Source: Deinococcus sp.
Lineage (GTDB): Bacteria > Deinococcota > Deinococci > Deinococcales > Deinococcaceae
Assembly (NCBI GenBank): GCA_965261005.1
Contig: OZ253375.1
Coordinates: forward strand, 1,504,001 to 1,568,000
Reading direction: 5' to 3'
DNA: 64,000 nucleotides
Below, piece after piece: positions 40,647 through 52,019 of this stretch (positions are counted from its first letter, which is position 1; each line of letters opens with the position of its first letter). Under the pieces are notes generated by a model. That model was given only the letters and a program-made list of their open reading frames with translations, searched no databases and was not told the origin of the DNA. The position numbers were made by a program, and so were the translations under genes.

Positions 40647-41621
40647 TCAAGGATGGTGCCCGAAGGGATTGCCCTCGTCCGGGACAACGTCGCGCGCGCG
40701 GTCGCTCAGGGCCGTGAGTTCGTCCAGCAGCCTCCCCGGAAGGCCAGCCGTGAGCGAGCGGGCGACCTCGCGCGCCTGACCGGCGTTCTTGGCGCTCACC
40801 AACACCGACGTGATGGCCGGCCGGCTCAACAGCCAGCGCAGGGCGAGGGTGGGCAGCGGCAACTTGTGCTGCTCCGCCACCCGCTTGAAGGTCTCCACGA
40901 CGTCGTGAACGTGCGGCCAGACCTCGCTTCCGAACAGCGAGATGGTCCAGCGCTGGTCTCCCGGCGCGAAGTCGAGGGTCCGGCCGTAGCGGCCCGAGAG
41001 GATGCCGTGGGCCAGGGCGCTGTAGGCGACCACCGCGACGCCGCGCCGGGCGCAGTACAGGAGCAGGTCGCGCTCCGGAAAGCGCCACAGCAGGTTGTAC
41101 CCGAGTTGGCAAGCGTCAACGCGCCCGACTTCACCCACCTGCTCCAGCTGGGCGACCGAGAAGTTGCTCACGCCGGCGGCCCGGATCAGGCCCCGCGCCC
41201 GCGCCGCCTCCAGCCCCTCCATCCAGGGCCGCAAATCCTCGCCAGCGCGCGGCCAGTGCAGGTAGTACAGATCGATCACGTCCGTTCGCAGGCGCCTGAG
41301 GCTGGCCTCGACGGCCCGGACGACGGCCCCCGCGCTGAGGTCGTCCGGGTTGGCCTTGGACGCCAGGAAGACGCGCTCGCGCCGGCCCGGCTCGGCGGCC
41401 AGGAAACGGCCCAACCGGCGCTCGGAGGCGCCGTCCCCGTAATCGGTCGCGGTGTCGAGGTGGGTGACGCCATATTCGAGCGCCGTCTCCAGCGCCGCCC
41501 ACAGGTCGGCCTCACCCCGGCGATGCTGGTCGAGGCCGTAGAACGACCCGCCCATCCCCAGCGGCAGCTGGTCTTTTCCGCCCGGTCCGATGTGAACGCG
41601 GGCCGGCTGCGGCTCGGTCAT
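40647..41621 (-). CDS. Aldo/keto reductase
   Basis: LDTATDYG, ASK, DLYYLHWP, GVSNF, YSALAHGILSG. Confidence 0.92.
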   Translation of the reverse strand: MTEPQPARVHIGPGGKDQLPLGMGGSFYGLDQHRRGEADLWAALETALEYGVTHLDTATDYGDGASERRLGRFLAAEPGRRERVFLASKANPDDLSAGAVVRAVEASLRRLRTDVIDLYYLHWPRAGEDLRPWMEGLEAARARGLIRAAGVSNFSVAQLEQVGEVGRVDACQLGYNLLWRFPERDLLLYCARRGVAVVAYSALAHGILSGRYGRTLDFAPGDQRWTISLFGSEVWPHVHDVVETFKRVAEQHKLPLPTLALRWLLSRPAITSVLVSAKNAGQAREVARSLTAGLPGRLLDELTALSDRARDVVPDEGNPFGHHP

Positions 41622-41639
41622 GCGCTCCCTTCCGCCCGC

Positions 41640-43085
41640 TCAAATGGCCGGGTCGCCGTAGGTGTAGGAGACAAAGGCGGCGTGGCGGCCGTCGGGACTC
41701 CAGGATGGGACGTTCAGGGTGCCCTGACCGCCGTAGAGGTGCGCCAGGACGCGCACCCGGCCGGTCGCCAGCTCTTGCTCGCGGATCATGACGCGCTCGT
41801 TGGGCGGGTGGCTGGCCGCCGGCACGCTCAGGGGGTAGGAGACGTAGAGCAGCCGCGTGCCGTCCGGGGAAGGGTGGGCGAACCAGTCGTTGAGGTCGCC
41901 GAAACTCACCTGCTCCTGGTTGCTGCCGTCCGGTTTCATCCGCCAGATCTTCATCTGCCCGCTGCGGGTCGAGTTGAAGTAGATGAACCCGCCGTCCGGG
42001 CTGAACTCCGGGCCGTCGTCGAGGCCGGGGTCAGTGGTCAGGCGGGTCTCCGGTCCCCCGCCGGCGGGCATGGCGTAGACGTCGTAGTTCCCACCGCGCT
42101 CGGCGCAGTACAGCAGCGTCTCGCCGTCCGGCGACCAGCCGTGCCAATACGAGGGCGCCTCGTCGGTGACCCGGACGGGCGTCCCGCCCCCCGCGTCCAC
42201 GACGTAGATCTGCGAGCCGGCCCGCCTTTCCGGTTGCTCGGTGTGGCTCGACAGGGCCAACTTCTTGCCGTCGAACGAGAGACCGTGGTCGTTGTTGTTG
42301 TGCGTGACCTCGCCGGTGTCGAGGGGGGTGGGGCGCCCGGTATCCAGGTCGAGGCGGTAGATCAGGCCGTCCTGGTTGTAGAGCAGGTGGCCGCCGTCGC
42401 GCGACCAGTTGGGCGCCTCGAAGTGGTCGGCGCTGGCGTGGATGACCCGGCGGTGCCCGGTCTCGACCTCCAGCAGTTCCAGCCGGCTCGGCGAGGGCAC
42501 CTGGGTGCCGTCCACGCCGGGGGCGGCCGGCACGTCCAAACGGACGTTCGAGAAGACGGCCGTCTCGGTCACGTCAGTCTCGTGGGCGCAGACGAACAGG
42601 CCGGCGTACACCTCGCCCGCCAAACCGATCCGAATCCGGCCGGTCTCGACCAGAGGCTCACCTTGGCGGGCGGCCCGCATGATGATGTCCCCGCCCACGC
42701 GTTCGAGCTGCACGTCGAGGGGCGCGCTCAGGGAGGCCGCGACCTCCAGGGTGTCGGCGCCCGGGCCGGGCCGGTATTGTAGCGAGGTGAGGCCGTCGCC
42801 GTGGACCGTGGCGTCGGCGTGAATGGCGTCCCCGTCCAGCGTCTGCCGGAACATGACGCCCCACTTGCGGTGAGGATTGGTGCCCTCGCCCAGAAATTCC
42901 CCGCGCGCCGTCAGCATGAAGTCGCCCGAGACGCGCCGGGCCGCGAAGTGAAACTCGTCCGTAGCGTTCCAGATGTTGAGGCCGCCGCCCATCAGGCGGT
43001 AGGTCTGGCTTTGGGAATCGTAGGCCGTGCTGCCGGAAAGGCGCGGCGCGCCCACGTCACCCACGCTGTCGAATGCTCCTGCCAT
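41640..43085 (-). CDS. TolB-like PD40 beta-propeller protein with N-terminal beta-sandwich, no signal peptide
   Basis: Repeats WSRDG, SFDG, WSPDG, FSPDG, PSPDG; ATG 43085 with GGAG RBS. Confidence 0.82.
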   Translation of the reverse strand: MAGAFDSVGDVGAPRLSGSTAYDSQSQTYRLMGGGLNIWNATDEFHFAARRVSGDFMLTARGEFLGEGTNPHRKWGVMFRQTLDGDAIHADATVHGDGLTSLQYRPGPGADTLEVAASLSAPLDVQLERVGGDIIMRAARQGEPLVETGRIRIGLAGEVYAGLFVCAHETDVTETAVFSNVRLDVPAAPGVDGTQVPSPSRLELLEVETGHRRVIHASADHFEAPNWSRDGGHLLYNQDGLIYRLDLDTGRPTPLDTGEVTHNNNDHGLSFDGKKLALSSHTEQPERRAGSQIYVVDAGGGTPVRVTDEAPSYWHGWSPDGETLLYCAERGGNYDVYAMPAGGGPETRLTTDPGLDDGPEFSPDGGFIYFNSTRSGQMKIWRMKPDGSNQEQVSFGDLNDWFAHPSPDGTRLLYVSYPLSVPAASHPPNERVMIREQELATGRVRVLAHLYGGQGTLNVPSWSPDGRHAAFVSYTYGDPAI

Positions 43086-43104
43086 GCGCGCTCCTGTGGT
43101 CGCC

Positions 43105-43133
43105 AAAGGTGGGAGGCTCCGCCTCCCACCTTT
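43105..43133 (-). terminator. Stem-loop after sugar-binding protein gene
   Basis: AAAGGTGGGAGGC-tcc-GCCTCCCACCTTT. Confidence 0.7.
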
Positions 43134-43145
43134 GTGGGACGTGCT

Positions 43146-44390
43146 TCAGAAAACCTGGTCGTACTTGGCCTGGAGTTCCTTGATGAACTGGTCGGCGGTC
43201 ATGCTCGGGGTGTTCCAAAAGGCGTCGGTCAGGTCGGCGGTGGCGCCGGCCCAATCCGGGTCCATGGTGATGTTGTCCACGGGGTGACCGAAGCCGGGCT
43301 TGCCCAAGGCGGCCAGCACCATTTTCGCGTGCTTGTCGATGCCCGACTTGGCGTCCAGCCGCACGGGGGTGCTGCCCTTGATCACGCTGAACTGCTCGGT
43401 GATGGGCCTCTGGAGCATGATCTTGAAGAGGGCCTCCTGGGCGGCGTTCTTGCTGGCGTTCTTGGGGGCCAGAAAGGTCTCCTCGTCCACCGTCACCTGG
43501 ACGCCGTCGGCGCCGGGCAGCAGCCGGGTCTCGAAGTCGCTGCCGAGCTTTTTCTTGGCGGCCAGGAACTCCCCTTTCATCCAGTCGCCGTGAATCTGCA
43601 TCAGGGCGTCACCGCGAATCACCATGGCGGTGGTGTCGTTCCAGTTGCGGTTGGCGCTGCCGGGATCGGCCGCCTGCTGCATCTTGCGGAAGTACCCCAG
43701 CGCTTGGCGCATCGCCCCAGAGTCAATCGAGGCCCGCTTGGGCTTGAGGCCGTAGATGTCGTCGTACAGCTTGCCCGAGACCCCGACCACCATGGAGCCG
43801 AGCAGGTAGTCGAGCTGCCACTTCTGGGCGCCGATGGCCAGCGGGATGATGCCGGCCTTTTTGATCTTGGGAAAGTCGGCGAACATCGCGTCCAGGCTTT
43901 GCCAAGAGGCGGGATCGACGCCGGCCTTTTTCGCCGCCGCGACGTTCCAGAACATGGTGCCGACGATGTGAATGGCCAGCGGCGCGCTGACAACCTTGCC
44001 GTCCACCGTCATGGCGTTCTTGACGGCGGGCGGGATCACCTTGTCGAGGCCCAGCGAGTTGTAGTAGGCGGTGAAGTCGTGCAGCAACCCCTGCTGCATC
44101 AGCGCGCGCCGCGTGTAGACGTTGCTCTCGACGAAGACATCCGGCGGGTTGCCGCCGGTGATCATGTTGATGAGGGGAATGCTCGCGCCGGTGTCGTGGG
44201 CAACCGTGATGTCCTTCCACACGCCGCCCTGCGCCTGAAAGGCCGTCCGGATGACGTTGAGCGCGCCGAGTTCGGCCGGCGCGGACCAGTTGTTGAAGAC
44301 GACCAGTTCGCCGAGGGGCTTCTTTTGGGCCTCGCCCGTGCCGATCAGAACCGCCGCCATCGCCACGCTGAGGGCCAGTACCTTTTTCAT
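43146..44390 (-). CDS. Carbohydrate ABC transporter substrate-binding protein
   Basis: Signal peptide, GNPPD, NWND...GDALMQIHGDW, KGSTPVR; AAGGAG RBS. Confidence 0.9.
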   Translation of the reverse strand: MKKVLALSVAMAAVLIGTGEAQKKPLGELVVFNNWSAPAELGALNVIRTAFQAQGGVWKDITVAHDTGASIPLINMITGGNPPDVFVESNVYTRRALMQQGLLHDFTAYYNSLGLDKVIPPAVKNAMTVDGKVVSAPLAIHIVGTMFWNVAAAKKAGVDPASWQSLDAMFADFPKIKKAGIIPLAIGAQKWQLDYLLGSMVVGVSGKLYDDIYGLKPKRASIDSGAMRQALGYFRKMQQAADPGSANRNWNDTTAMVIRGDALMQIHGDWMKGEFLAAKKKLGSDFETRLLPGADGVQVTVDEETFLAPKNASKNAAQEALFKIMLQRPITEQFSVIKGSTPVRLDAKSGIDKHAKMVLAALGKPGFGHPVDNITMDPDWAGATADLTDAFWNTPSMTADQFIKELQAKYDQVF

Positions 44391-44444
44391 GCGCTTCTCC
44401 TTCAAAACCGTCTCCGGCTGAGCCGGGCGAGGGGCGAACCCGTG

Positions 44445-45533
44445 CTACAGCCGCAGCGAGGTCGCGCGGTCGAAGATCGAGGCTTTCGATAGGTCAATGC
44501 CCAGCCGCAGTTCCTCGTCGGCACGCGCGCCCGCGACGTCCGAGGGGTTGAGGCTGGCCACCAGGTCGGTCCGGCCGAGCTGGCAGTAGCACAGCACGTT
44601 GGCGCCCAGCGGCTCGACGATGTTCAGCGTGGTCGGGTAGCCGGCCTCGCCCCCCGCCGGCAAGTGAAAGTGTTCGGGGCGCACGCCCAGGATGACCTCC
44701 TCTCCCCCCCTCGGTCTGGAGACGAACGGGTAGGCCGACACGTCGAAGGTGGCGCCGTCCCCCGTGAGCACCCGGACGCCGGGACCGGGCGAGAGCGTAC
44801 CCTCGATGAAGTTCATGGGCGGGGAGCCGATGAAGCGGGCGACAAAGGTGTTGGCGGGCCGGTCGTAGAGTTCCTCCGGGGTCGAGATCTGCGAGAACTG
44901 CCCGCCGTTCATCACGGCGACCCGCGTCGCCAGGGTCATCGCCTCGACCTGGTCATGGGTGACGTAGATGAAGGTGCTGCGGACCTTTTTGTGCAGCCGC
45001 TTGAGTTCGATGCGCATCTCGGTGCGCAGCTTGGCGTCCAGGTTCGAGAGCGGCTCGTCGAACAGGCAGATGTCGGCGTCGCGCACCAGGGCGCGGCCGA
45101 TGGCGGCGCGCTGCCGCTGGCCGCCCGACAAGGTGGCCGGCTTGCGGTGCAGCAACTCCCTGATCTGCAACAGCTCGGCCGTCTCGTTCACCTTTTGCTC
45201 GATAAAGGCCGGACTCTTCTTCTTCATGCGCAGACAAAAGGCCATGTTGCCGTAGACGGTCTTGGTGGGGTACAGGGCGTAGGACTGAAACACCATCGCG
45301 ATGCCGCGCTCGCTGGGGTCAGCGTTGGTCAAATCCCGCCCGCCGATCTCGATGCGGCCGCCCTCCACGTCCATCAAGCCGGCGATGCAGTTGAGCAGGG
45401 TGGACTTTCCGCAGCCCGACGGGCCGAGCAGGACCAGAAACTCGCCCGACGCGATCTCCAAGCTGAGGTCCTTGAGGATGTGGGTCTTCCCCTGATAGAT
45501 CTTGTCCAGATGTTTCACGGCGACGGTTGACAT
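44445..45533 (-). CDS. Carbohydrate ABC transporter ATP-binding protein (MalK-like)
   Basis: GPSGCGKST, VFQSYALYP, LSGGQRQR, DEPLSNLDAKLR. Confidence 0.96.
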   Translation of the reverse strand: MSTVAVKHLDKIYQGKTHILKDLSLEIASGEFLVLLGPSGCGKSTLLNCIAGLMDVEGGRIEIGGRDLTNADPSERGIAMVFQSYALYPTKTVYGNMAFCLRMKKKSPAFIEQKVNETAELLQIRELLHRKPATLSGGQRQRAAIGRALVRDADICLFDEPLSNLDAKLRTEMRIELKRLHKKVRSTFIYVTHDQVEAMTLATRVAVMNGGQFSQISTPEELYDRPANTFVARFIGSPPMNFIEGTLSPGPGVRVLTGDGATFDVSAYPFVSRPRGGEEVILGVRPEHFHLPAGGEAGYPTTLNIVEPLGANVLCYCQLGRTDLVASLNPSDVAGARADEELRLGIDLSKASIFDRATSLRL

Positions 45534-45558
45534 GGCGCTTTTCCCTACCCTTTCTGGC

Positions 45559-46461
45559 TCAACCCTTCATGGCCCCGGCCGCGATGCCGCGAATGAACAG
45601 CTTCCCGGCGAGAAAGTAGATGATCAGCGGCGGAATGGCGGTCAGCAGCGCCGCCGCCATGTAGACGTTGTAGAGGCGCACGCCGGTCTGGGTCTGGGTG
45701 ATGTTATTGAGGTTGACCGTCATGGGGTAAGCCTGCACGTTGCCAAAGGTGAGGCCGACCAGAAAGTCGTTCCAGATGCCGGTGATCTGGAGAATCGCGA
45801 CGACGATCATGATGTTGGGCGACAGCGGCAGGATGACGTGGAAAAAGGTCCCCAGAAAGCGGCCGCCGTCCATGCGGGCCGCCTTGATCAAATCGGGGGG
45901 AATCGAGAGAAAGAAGTTGCGGAAGATCAGGGTCAGGATCGGCAGCGCCAGAATGGTGTGGACCACCGAGACGCCAAAGGAGGTGTTGTAGATGCCCAGC
46001 ATGGCCGTCATCTTGATCAGCGGGTACATGATGATCGGAAAGGGGATAAAGGCGCAGACCAGCAGCAGCGACAGCAGCAGGTTGCCGATTTTCACCCGCC
46101 ACAAGGCCAGCGCGTAGCCGCAGATCGAGGAGATGGCCACCGACATCGCGAGGCTCGGAATCAGGATCAGGACGGAGTTCCAAAAGCCGGACTTGAGGCC
46201 GGTGTTGGTAAACCCGCTGGCCGCCTTGTTCCAAGCGATGTCCCAGGCCGCGAAGCTCGGCCTCAAGGGCAGCGCGAAGATGTGCCCCAAGCGAATCTCG
46301 TCCATCGACTTGAGCGACGTGACGACCATGACGTACAGCGGCAGGGCAAACAGGACGGCGAACAGGACCAGGATCAAAAAGACGACGACCTTGGAGACCG
46401 GGTTTCTCGTCGGAATGCGGTTGGGCAGGGCCAGCGAGCGGGGGGGCAGAACGGTGGTCAT
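45559..46461 (-). CDS. Carbohydrate ABC transporter permease
   Basis: EAA-like KAARMDG, WNDF; ATG overlaps stop of upstream permease. Confidence 0.92.
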   Translation of the reverse strand: MTTVLPPRSLALPNRIPTRNPVSKVVVFLILVLFAVLFALPLYVMVVTSLKSMDEIRLGHIFALPLRPSFAAWDIAWNKAASGFTNTGLKSGFWNSVLILIPSLAMSVAISSICGYALALWRVKIGNLLLSLLLVCAFIPFPIIMYPLIKMTAMLGIYNTSFGVSVVHTILALPILTLIFRNFFLSIPPDLIKAARMDGGRFLGTFFHVILPLSPNIMIVVAILQITGIWNDFLVGLTFGNVQAYPMTVNLNNITQTQTGVRLYNVYMAAALLTAIPPLIIYFLAGKLFIRGIAAGAMKG

Positions 46462-47372
46462 GGCGTCTTTCTCCTGTTCAGGACCAGGTTGATCAGCGGA
46501 ACGGCGACCAGAAATGCCACGACGATCAGCAGCAGAACGCTGGACCCGGCCGCGCCCAGCGCGATGAAGTGACGGTTGATGTACGTGTCCACGATGTAGT
46601 ACGCCGGCAGCACCGAGTGCCCCCCCGGCCCGCCGTTGGTCATCGCCACGATGATGTCGTAGGCCTTGACCGCCCCGATGGAGAGCAGCACCAAGCTGGT
46701 CAAAAAGGTGAAGCTCATCATCGGGATGATGACCTCCAGGTACATCCTGAACTTGGGGATGCCGTCGATGCGGCTGGCCTGCCACACCTCGCCGTCGATG
46801 GCCTTGAGACCCGCCGAACACAGCACCATGTAAAAGCCCGTGCTTTGCCACACCGACGCGAGGATCACGGCGTACATCACCTTGTCCTTGTCGCCCACCC
46901 AGTTGAAGACGAACCCGCTCAGCCCCAGGTCGCGCACGAACTGCTGTACACCCAAGGTGGGGTTGAACAGCCACTGCCACACCAGGCCCGTGATGATCAG
47001 CGAGATGGCCAGCGGGTACAGGTAGATCGTGCGGAACAGGCCCGCGCCCGGCACGTCGCCCTCCAGCAGCACGGCCAAGATAAAGCCCAGCACCAAGCTG
47101 AGCAGGCTGCCCAGCGCGAAGATGACCAGGTTGTGCAGCGAGAGCGACCACAGGTCGTCCTGAAAAAGGCGCAGGTACTGGCGCAACCCGACGAAGGTCA
47201 TGTCCGGAAAAATCTTGCTGGCCGTAAAGGACATCACGATGGACCACAGCGTTGACCCGAAGTAGAACAGCAGGGCGGCGATCAGCACCGGCAGCGCCGC
47301 CAAGGTCGCGGCGTGCCGGTGAACGAAGCCCACCCGCTTGGCGGGGCGGGGCGGGGCGCTCACCTCGATCAT
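46458..47372 (-). CDS. Carbohydrate ABC transporter permease
   Basis: FVGLRQY, FRTIYLYP, QASRIDG, MTNGGPG; start uncertain. Confidence 0.92.
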   Translation of the reverse strand: MIEVSAPPRPAKRVGFVHRHAATLAALPVLIAALLFYFGSTLWSIVMSFTASKIFPDMTFVGLRQYLRLFQDDLWSLSLHNLVIFALGSLLSLVLGFILAVLLEGDVPGAGLFRTIYLYPLAISLIITGLVWQWLFNPTLGVQQFVRDLGLSGFVFNWVGDKDKVMYAVILASVWQSTGFYMVLCSAGLKAIDGEVWQASRIDGIPKFRMYLEVIIPMMSFTFLTSLVLLSIGAVKAYDIIVAMTNGGPGGHSVLPAYYIVDTYINRHFIALGAAGSSVLLLIVVAFLVAVPLINLVLNRRKTP

Positions 47373-47577
47373 GCGGAACGACCGGATGGGGCATCGGCGC
47401 GCCGGAAGCGAATCCGGCTGACAGCGAGGGGGGAGTGAACCACTTCGTCACACGCTCCTTTTTCAACGTCTTAAACGGCGAGACTTTAAAAAGCAGAACC
47501 TCAAAAGCCCGAACTCGCGAAGCTTGGCCGGAAGGACGCCGCAGCCGCCTATCGTCTGGTTGTGTAAGGACGTGTTG

Positions 47578-47606
47578 AGCCTAGAGCGGTGGATGGTCCC
47601 TGTCAA
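47578..47606 (-). promoter_or_regulatory. Promoter of the sugar ABC operon
   Basis: Minus strand TTGACA-17 nt-TAGGCT. Confidence 0.65.
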
Positions 47607-47810
47607 GCGAAGCGGGGGCGGGGGGCGGGGGTCAGTGGGCGTCACCCACCGCCCCACCCGCCGTCGTACACTCCCCCTGAGCAGCGGCTCCAGCCAGGTT
47701 CGTCACAAAACTGGGCCAGTCCAACAAGCACAAAAGACAACGAACCGAACCGAACCTGCCGTGTTTCACAAGCCACCTTTTCATCACAAGGTTCATCACA
47801 AGGAGTTCCC

Positions 47811-48992
47811 ATGCGTGAAGCTGTCATCGTCTCCACCGCCCGCACCCCCATCGGCAAGGCGTACCGGGGCGCTTTGAACAACACCCACGGCGCCGACATG
47901 GGCGCGCACGTCGTTTGTCACGCGCTGGAGCGCGCGGGCGTGGCGCCGCAGGAGGTCGAGGACGTCCTGATGGGCGTCGCCTACCCCGAGGGGGCGACCG
48001 GCCAGAACATCGCCCGGCAGGTGGCGATGCGCGCGGGATTGCCGGTCAGCGTGGCGGGGGCGACCGTGAACCGCTTTTGCTCCAGCGGCCTGAACACCAT
48101 CGCGATGGCGGCGCAGGCCATCATGACCGGCGACGCCGACATCATGGTGGCGGGCGGGCTAGAGAACATCAGCTTGGTGCAGAACGAACACATGAACAAG
48201 TACCGGGTGCTGAACGACTGGATCGTGGAACACAAGCCAGAGCTGTACTGGTCCATGATCCGCACCGCCGAGCAGGTGGCGGAGCGCTACGGCATCTCGC
48301 GCGAGGCGCAGGACGAGTACGGCCTGCAAAGCCAGCTGCGAACGGCGCGAGCCTGGGCGGAGGGCCGCTTCGACGCCGAGGTGGTGCCGATGACGACCAC
48401 CAAAATTGTGGTGGACAAAGTGACCGGGGAGGCTTCCGAGCAGGAGGTCACCCTCCAGCGGGACGAGGGCGTGCGTGGGGACACGACGGCGCAGGGGCTG
48501 GCCGGCCTCAAGACCGTCAACGAGGGCGGCTTCATCACCGCCGGCAACGCCAGCCAGCTCTCGGACGGCGCCAGCGCCTGCGTGATGATGAGCGCCGAGC
48601 TGGCCGAGGCGCGCGGCCTGACCCCACTCGGCGTCTTCCGGGGCTTCACGGCGGTCGGCTGCGAGCCGGACGAGATGGGCATCGGCCCAGTGTTCGCGGT
48701 GCCCAAGCTGCTGAAGCGTCACGGCTTGAGCGTGGACGACATCGGGTTGTGGGAGCTGAACGAGGCGTTCGCGGTGCAGGTCATCTACTGCCGCGACCGC
48801 CTCGGCATCCCGAACGAGCGGCTCAACGTGGACGGCGGCGCCATCGCGGTCGGCCACCCCTACGGCATGAGCGGCGCCCGCCTGACCGGCCACGCCCTGA
48901 TCGAGGCGCGGCGGCGCGGCGAAAAGTACGCCGTCGTGACCATGTGCGTCGGCGGGGGGATGGGGGCGGCGGGGCTGTTTGAGGTGGTATGA
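47811..48992 (+). CDS. Acetyl-CoA C-acyltransferase (thiolase)
   Basis: NRFCSSG, NEAF, GHPYG, TMCVGGG; ATG 47811 with AAGGAG RBS. Confidence 0.96.
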   Translation: MREAVIVSTARTPIGKAYRGALNNTHGADMGAHVVCHALERAGVAPQEVEDVLMGVAYPEGATGQNIARQVAMRAGLPVSVAGATVNRFCSSGLNTIAMAAQAIMTGDADIMVAGGLENISLVQNEHMNKYRVLNDWIVEHKPELYWSMIRTAEQVAERYGISREAQDEYGLQSQLRTARAWAEGRFDAEVVPMTTTKIVVDKVTGEASEQEVTLQRDEGVRGDTTAQGLAGLKTVNEGGFITAGNASQLSDGASACVMMSAELAEARGLTPLGVFRGFTAVGCEPDEMGIGPVFAVPKLLKRHGLSVDDIGLWELNEAFAVQVIYCRDRLGIPNERLNVDGGAIAVGHPYGMSGARLTGHALIEARRRGEKYAVVTMCVGGGMGAAGLFEVV

Positions 48993-49015
48993 GGCACGAG
49001 AGGAGAATTGCAAAG

Positions 49016-49273
49016 ATGGAGCGGCCAAAGTTCTATGAACTTAAACTTCAGGCGCAAGGCTATCTCTCCATTCCAGACGCCGTATGCGCGGAGCTGAGCG
49101 TTCAAGAGGGCGATGAGCTGCTGCTCGTGCGCGACGAGGGCGGCTACCGCCTTACGACGCGTAACGCTTTGCTTGAAACGGTTATTGGTAGCTTGGCGCG
49201 CGACGACGGGCGCGACCTGACCGAGGAATTTCTGGAAGATCGTCGGGAAGAGGCTCGGGAAAAAGGGTGGTGA
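49016..49273 (+). CDS. AbrB/MazE-fold antitoxin-like protein (orphan)
   Basis: KLQAQGYLSIPDAVCAELSVQEGDELLL swapped-hairpin pattern, acidic tail EEFLEDRREEA; AGGAG RBS. Confidence 0.72.
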   Translation: MERPKFYELKLQAQGYLSIPDAVCAELSVQEGDELLLVRDEGGYRLTTRNALLETVIGSLARDDGRDLTEEFLEDRREEAREKGW

Positions 49274-49373
49274 GCCGGCAGTTCCGTTCAAGCCTCGAAC
49301 GTTGCTGCCCGCCCAGAATCTCAGGCTAGGTCAAACGCAAAGTCCTAAAACAAGGGCAAAATTGCTCACACAG

Positions 49374-49493
49374 CTCCTCCTCCCTTGAGGGGGAGGTTGG
49401 GAGGGGTAGGCGAATCGGCCCACATGCGCGCTCGTTACCCCCTCCCCGGCCCTCTTTTCGAGGTGCTTCGCGCTCCCTCTCAGTGGGGAGGGA
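49374..49493. repeat. Inverted pair of degenerate REP-like palindromes (REPIN-like)
   Basis: CTCCTCCTCCCTTGAGGGGGAGGTTGGGAGGGGTA ... TACCCCCTCCCCGGCCCT ... CTCCCTCTCAGTGGGGAGGGAG. Confidence 0.6.
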
Positions 49494-49541
49494 GAAAAGA
49501 TCAAGTCCCGGCTCAACCCCGCCCGACCTTAAGGAGCAAGC

Positions 49542-51341
<1,800 letters not shown>

Positions 51342-51371
51342 TTTGCTGACCAAAAAAAGTAGACTAAATTC

Positions 51372-51605
51372 GTGAAAACGCTCAACGTTCACGAGGCCAA
51401 AACCCACCTTTCCGCGCTGATTGACGCCGTGCAACGTGGGGAGGAGATCGTGATCCTGCGTCACGGCAAACCGGCGGCCAAGCTGGTCCCAGCGGCCGAG
51501 CGGGGGATGCGTACCCTCGGGTTTTATCCCATCGCCTTTACCAGTGACCTGACCGAGCCGACCTCCGAGGACGTCCTGCAAGACTTCGACGGCGCGGCGC
51601 CTTGA
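51372..51605 (+). CDS. Phd/YefM family antitoxin
   Basis: NVHEAKTHLSALI...GEEIVILRHGKPAAKLVP; TAGACT -10 6 nt before GTG. Confidence 0.92.
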   Translation: MKTLNVHEAKTHLSALIDAVQRGEEIVILRHGKPAAKLVPAAERGMRTLGFYPIAFTSDLTEPTSEDVLQDFDGAAP

Positions 51606-52000
51606 GCGGACGCTACCTGCTGGACACTCACGCTCTCGCGTGGTCGGTGGGCGCGCCGCACCTGCTCAGCGAAACGGCGCGCGGCGTTTTGCAAGACCCG
51701 GCGGCGCGGCCCGTCGTCAGCCCGGCCAGCGTATGGGAGATGAGCATCAAGCACCACCTCGGCAAGTGGCCGGAGGTGGCGCCCTTTATGGATGAGCAGC
51801 TCTACAAACAGTTCCTGCGGCAGCTGGGCGCGGAGGAATTGCCCATCATGTCCGGGCACGCGCGCCTCGCCGGCCAGTGGCGCGCGCCGCACCGCGACCC
51901 GTTCGACCGTCTGATCGCGGCACAGGCCGTCCTCGAAGGCGTGCCCGTCATCAGCAAAGACGCCGCGCTCGACTTGTTCGCCGTGAACCGCATCTGGTAA
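51602..52000 (+). CDS. vapC: VapC (PIN domain) toxin
   Basis: LLDTH, SVWE, HRDPFDRLIAAQA, ISKD; overlaps antitoxin stop. Confidence 0.93.
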   Translation: MSGRYLLDTHALAWSVGAPHLLSETARGVLQDPAARPVVSPASVWEMSIKHHLGKWPEVAPFMDEQLYKQFLRQLGAEELPIMSGHARLAGQWRAPHRDPFDRLIAAQAVLEGVPVISKDAALDLFAVNRIW

Positions 52001-52019
52001 AGGTGCCAAAGGAGAACCC

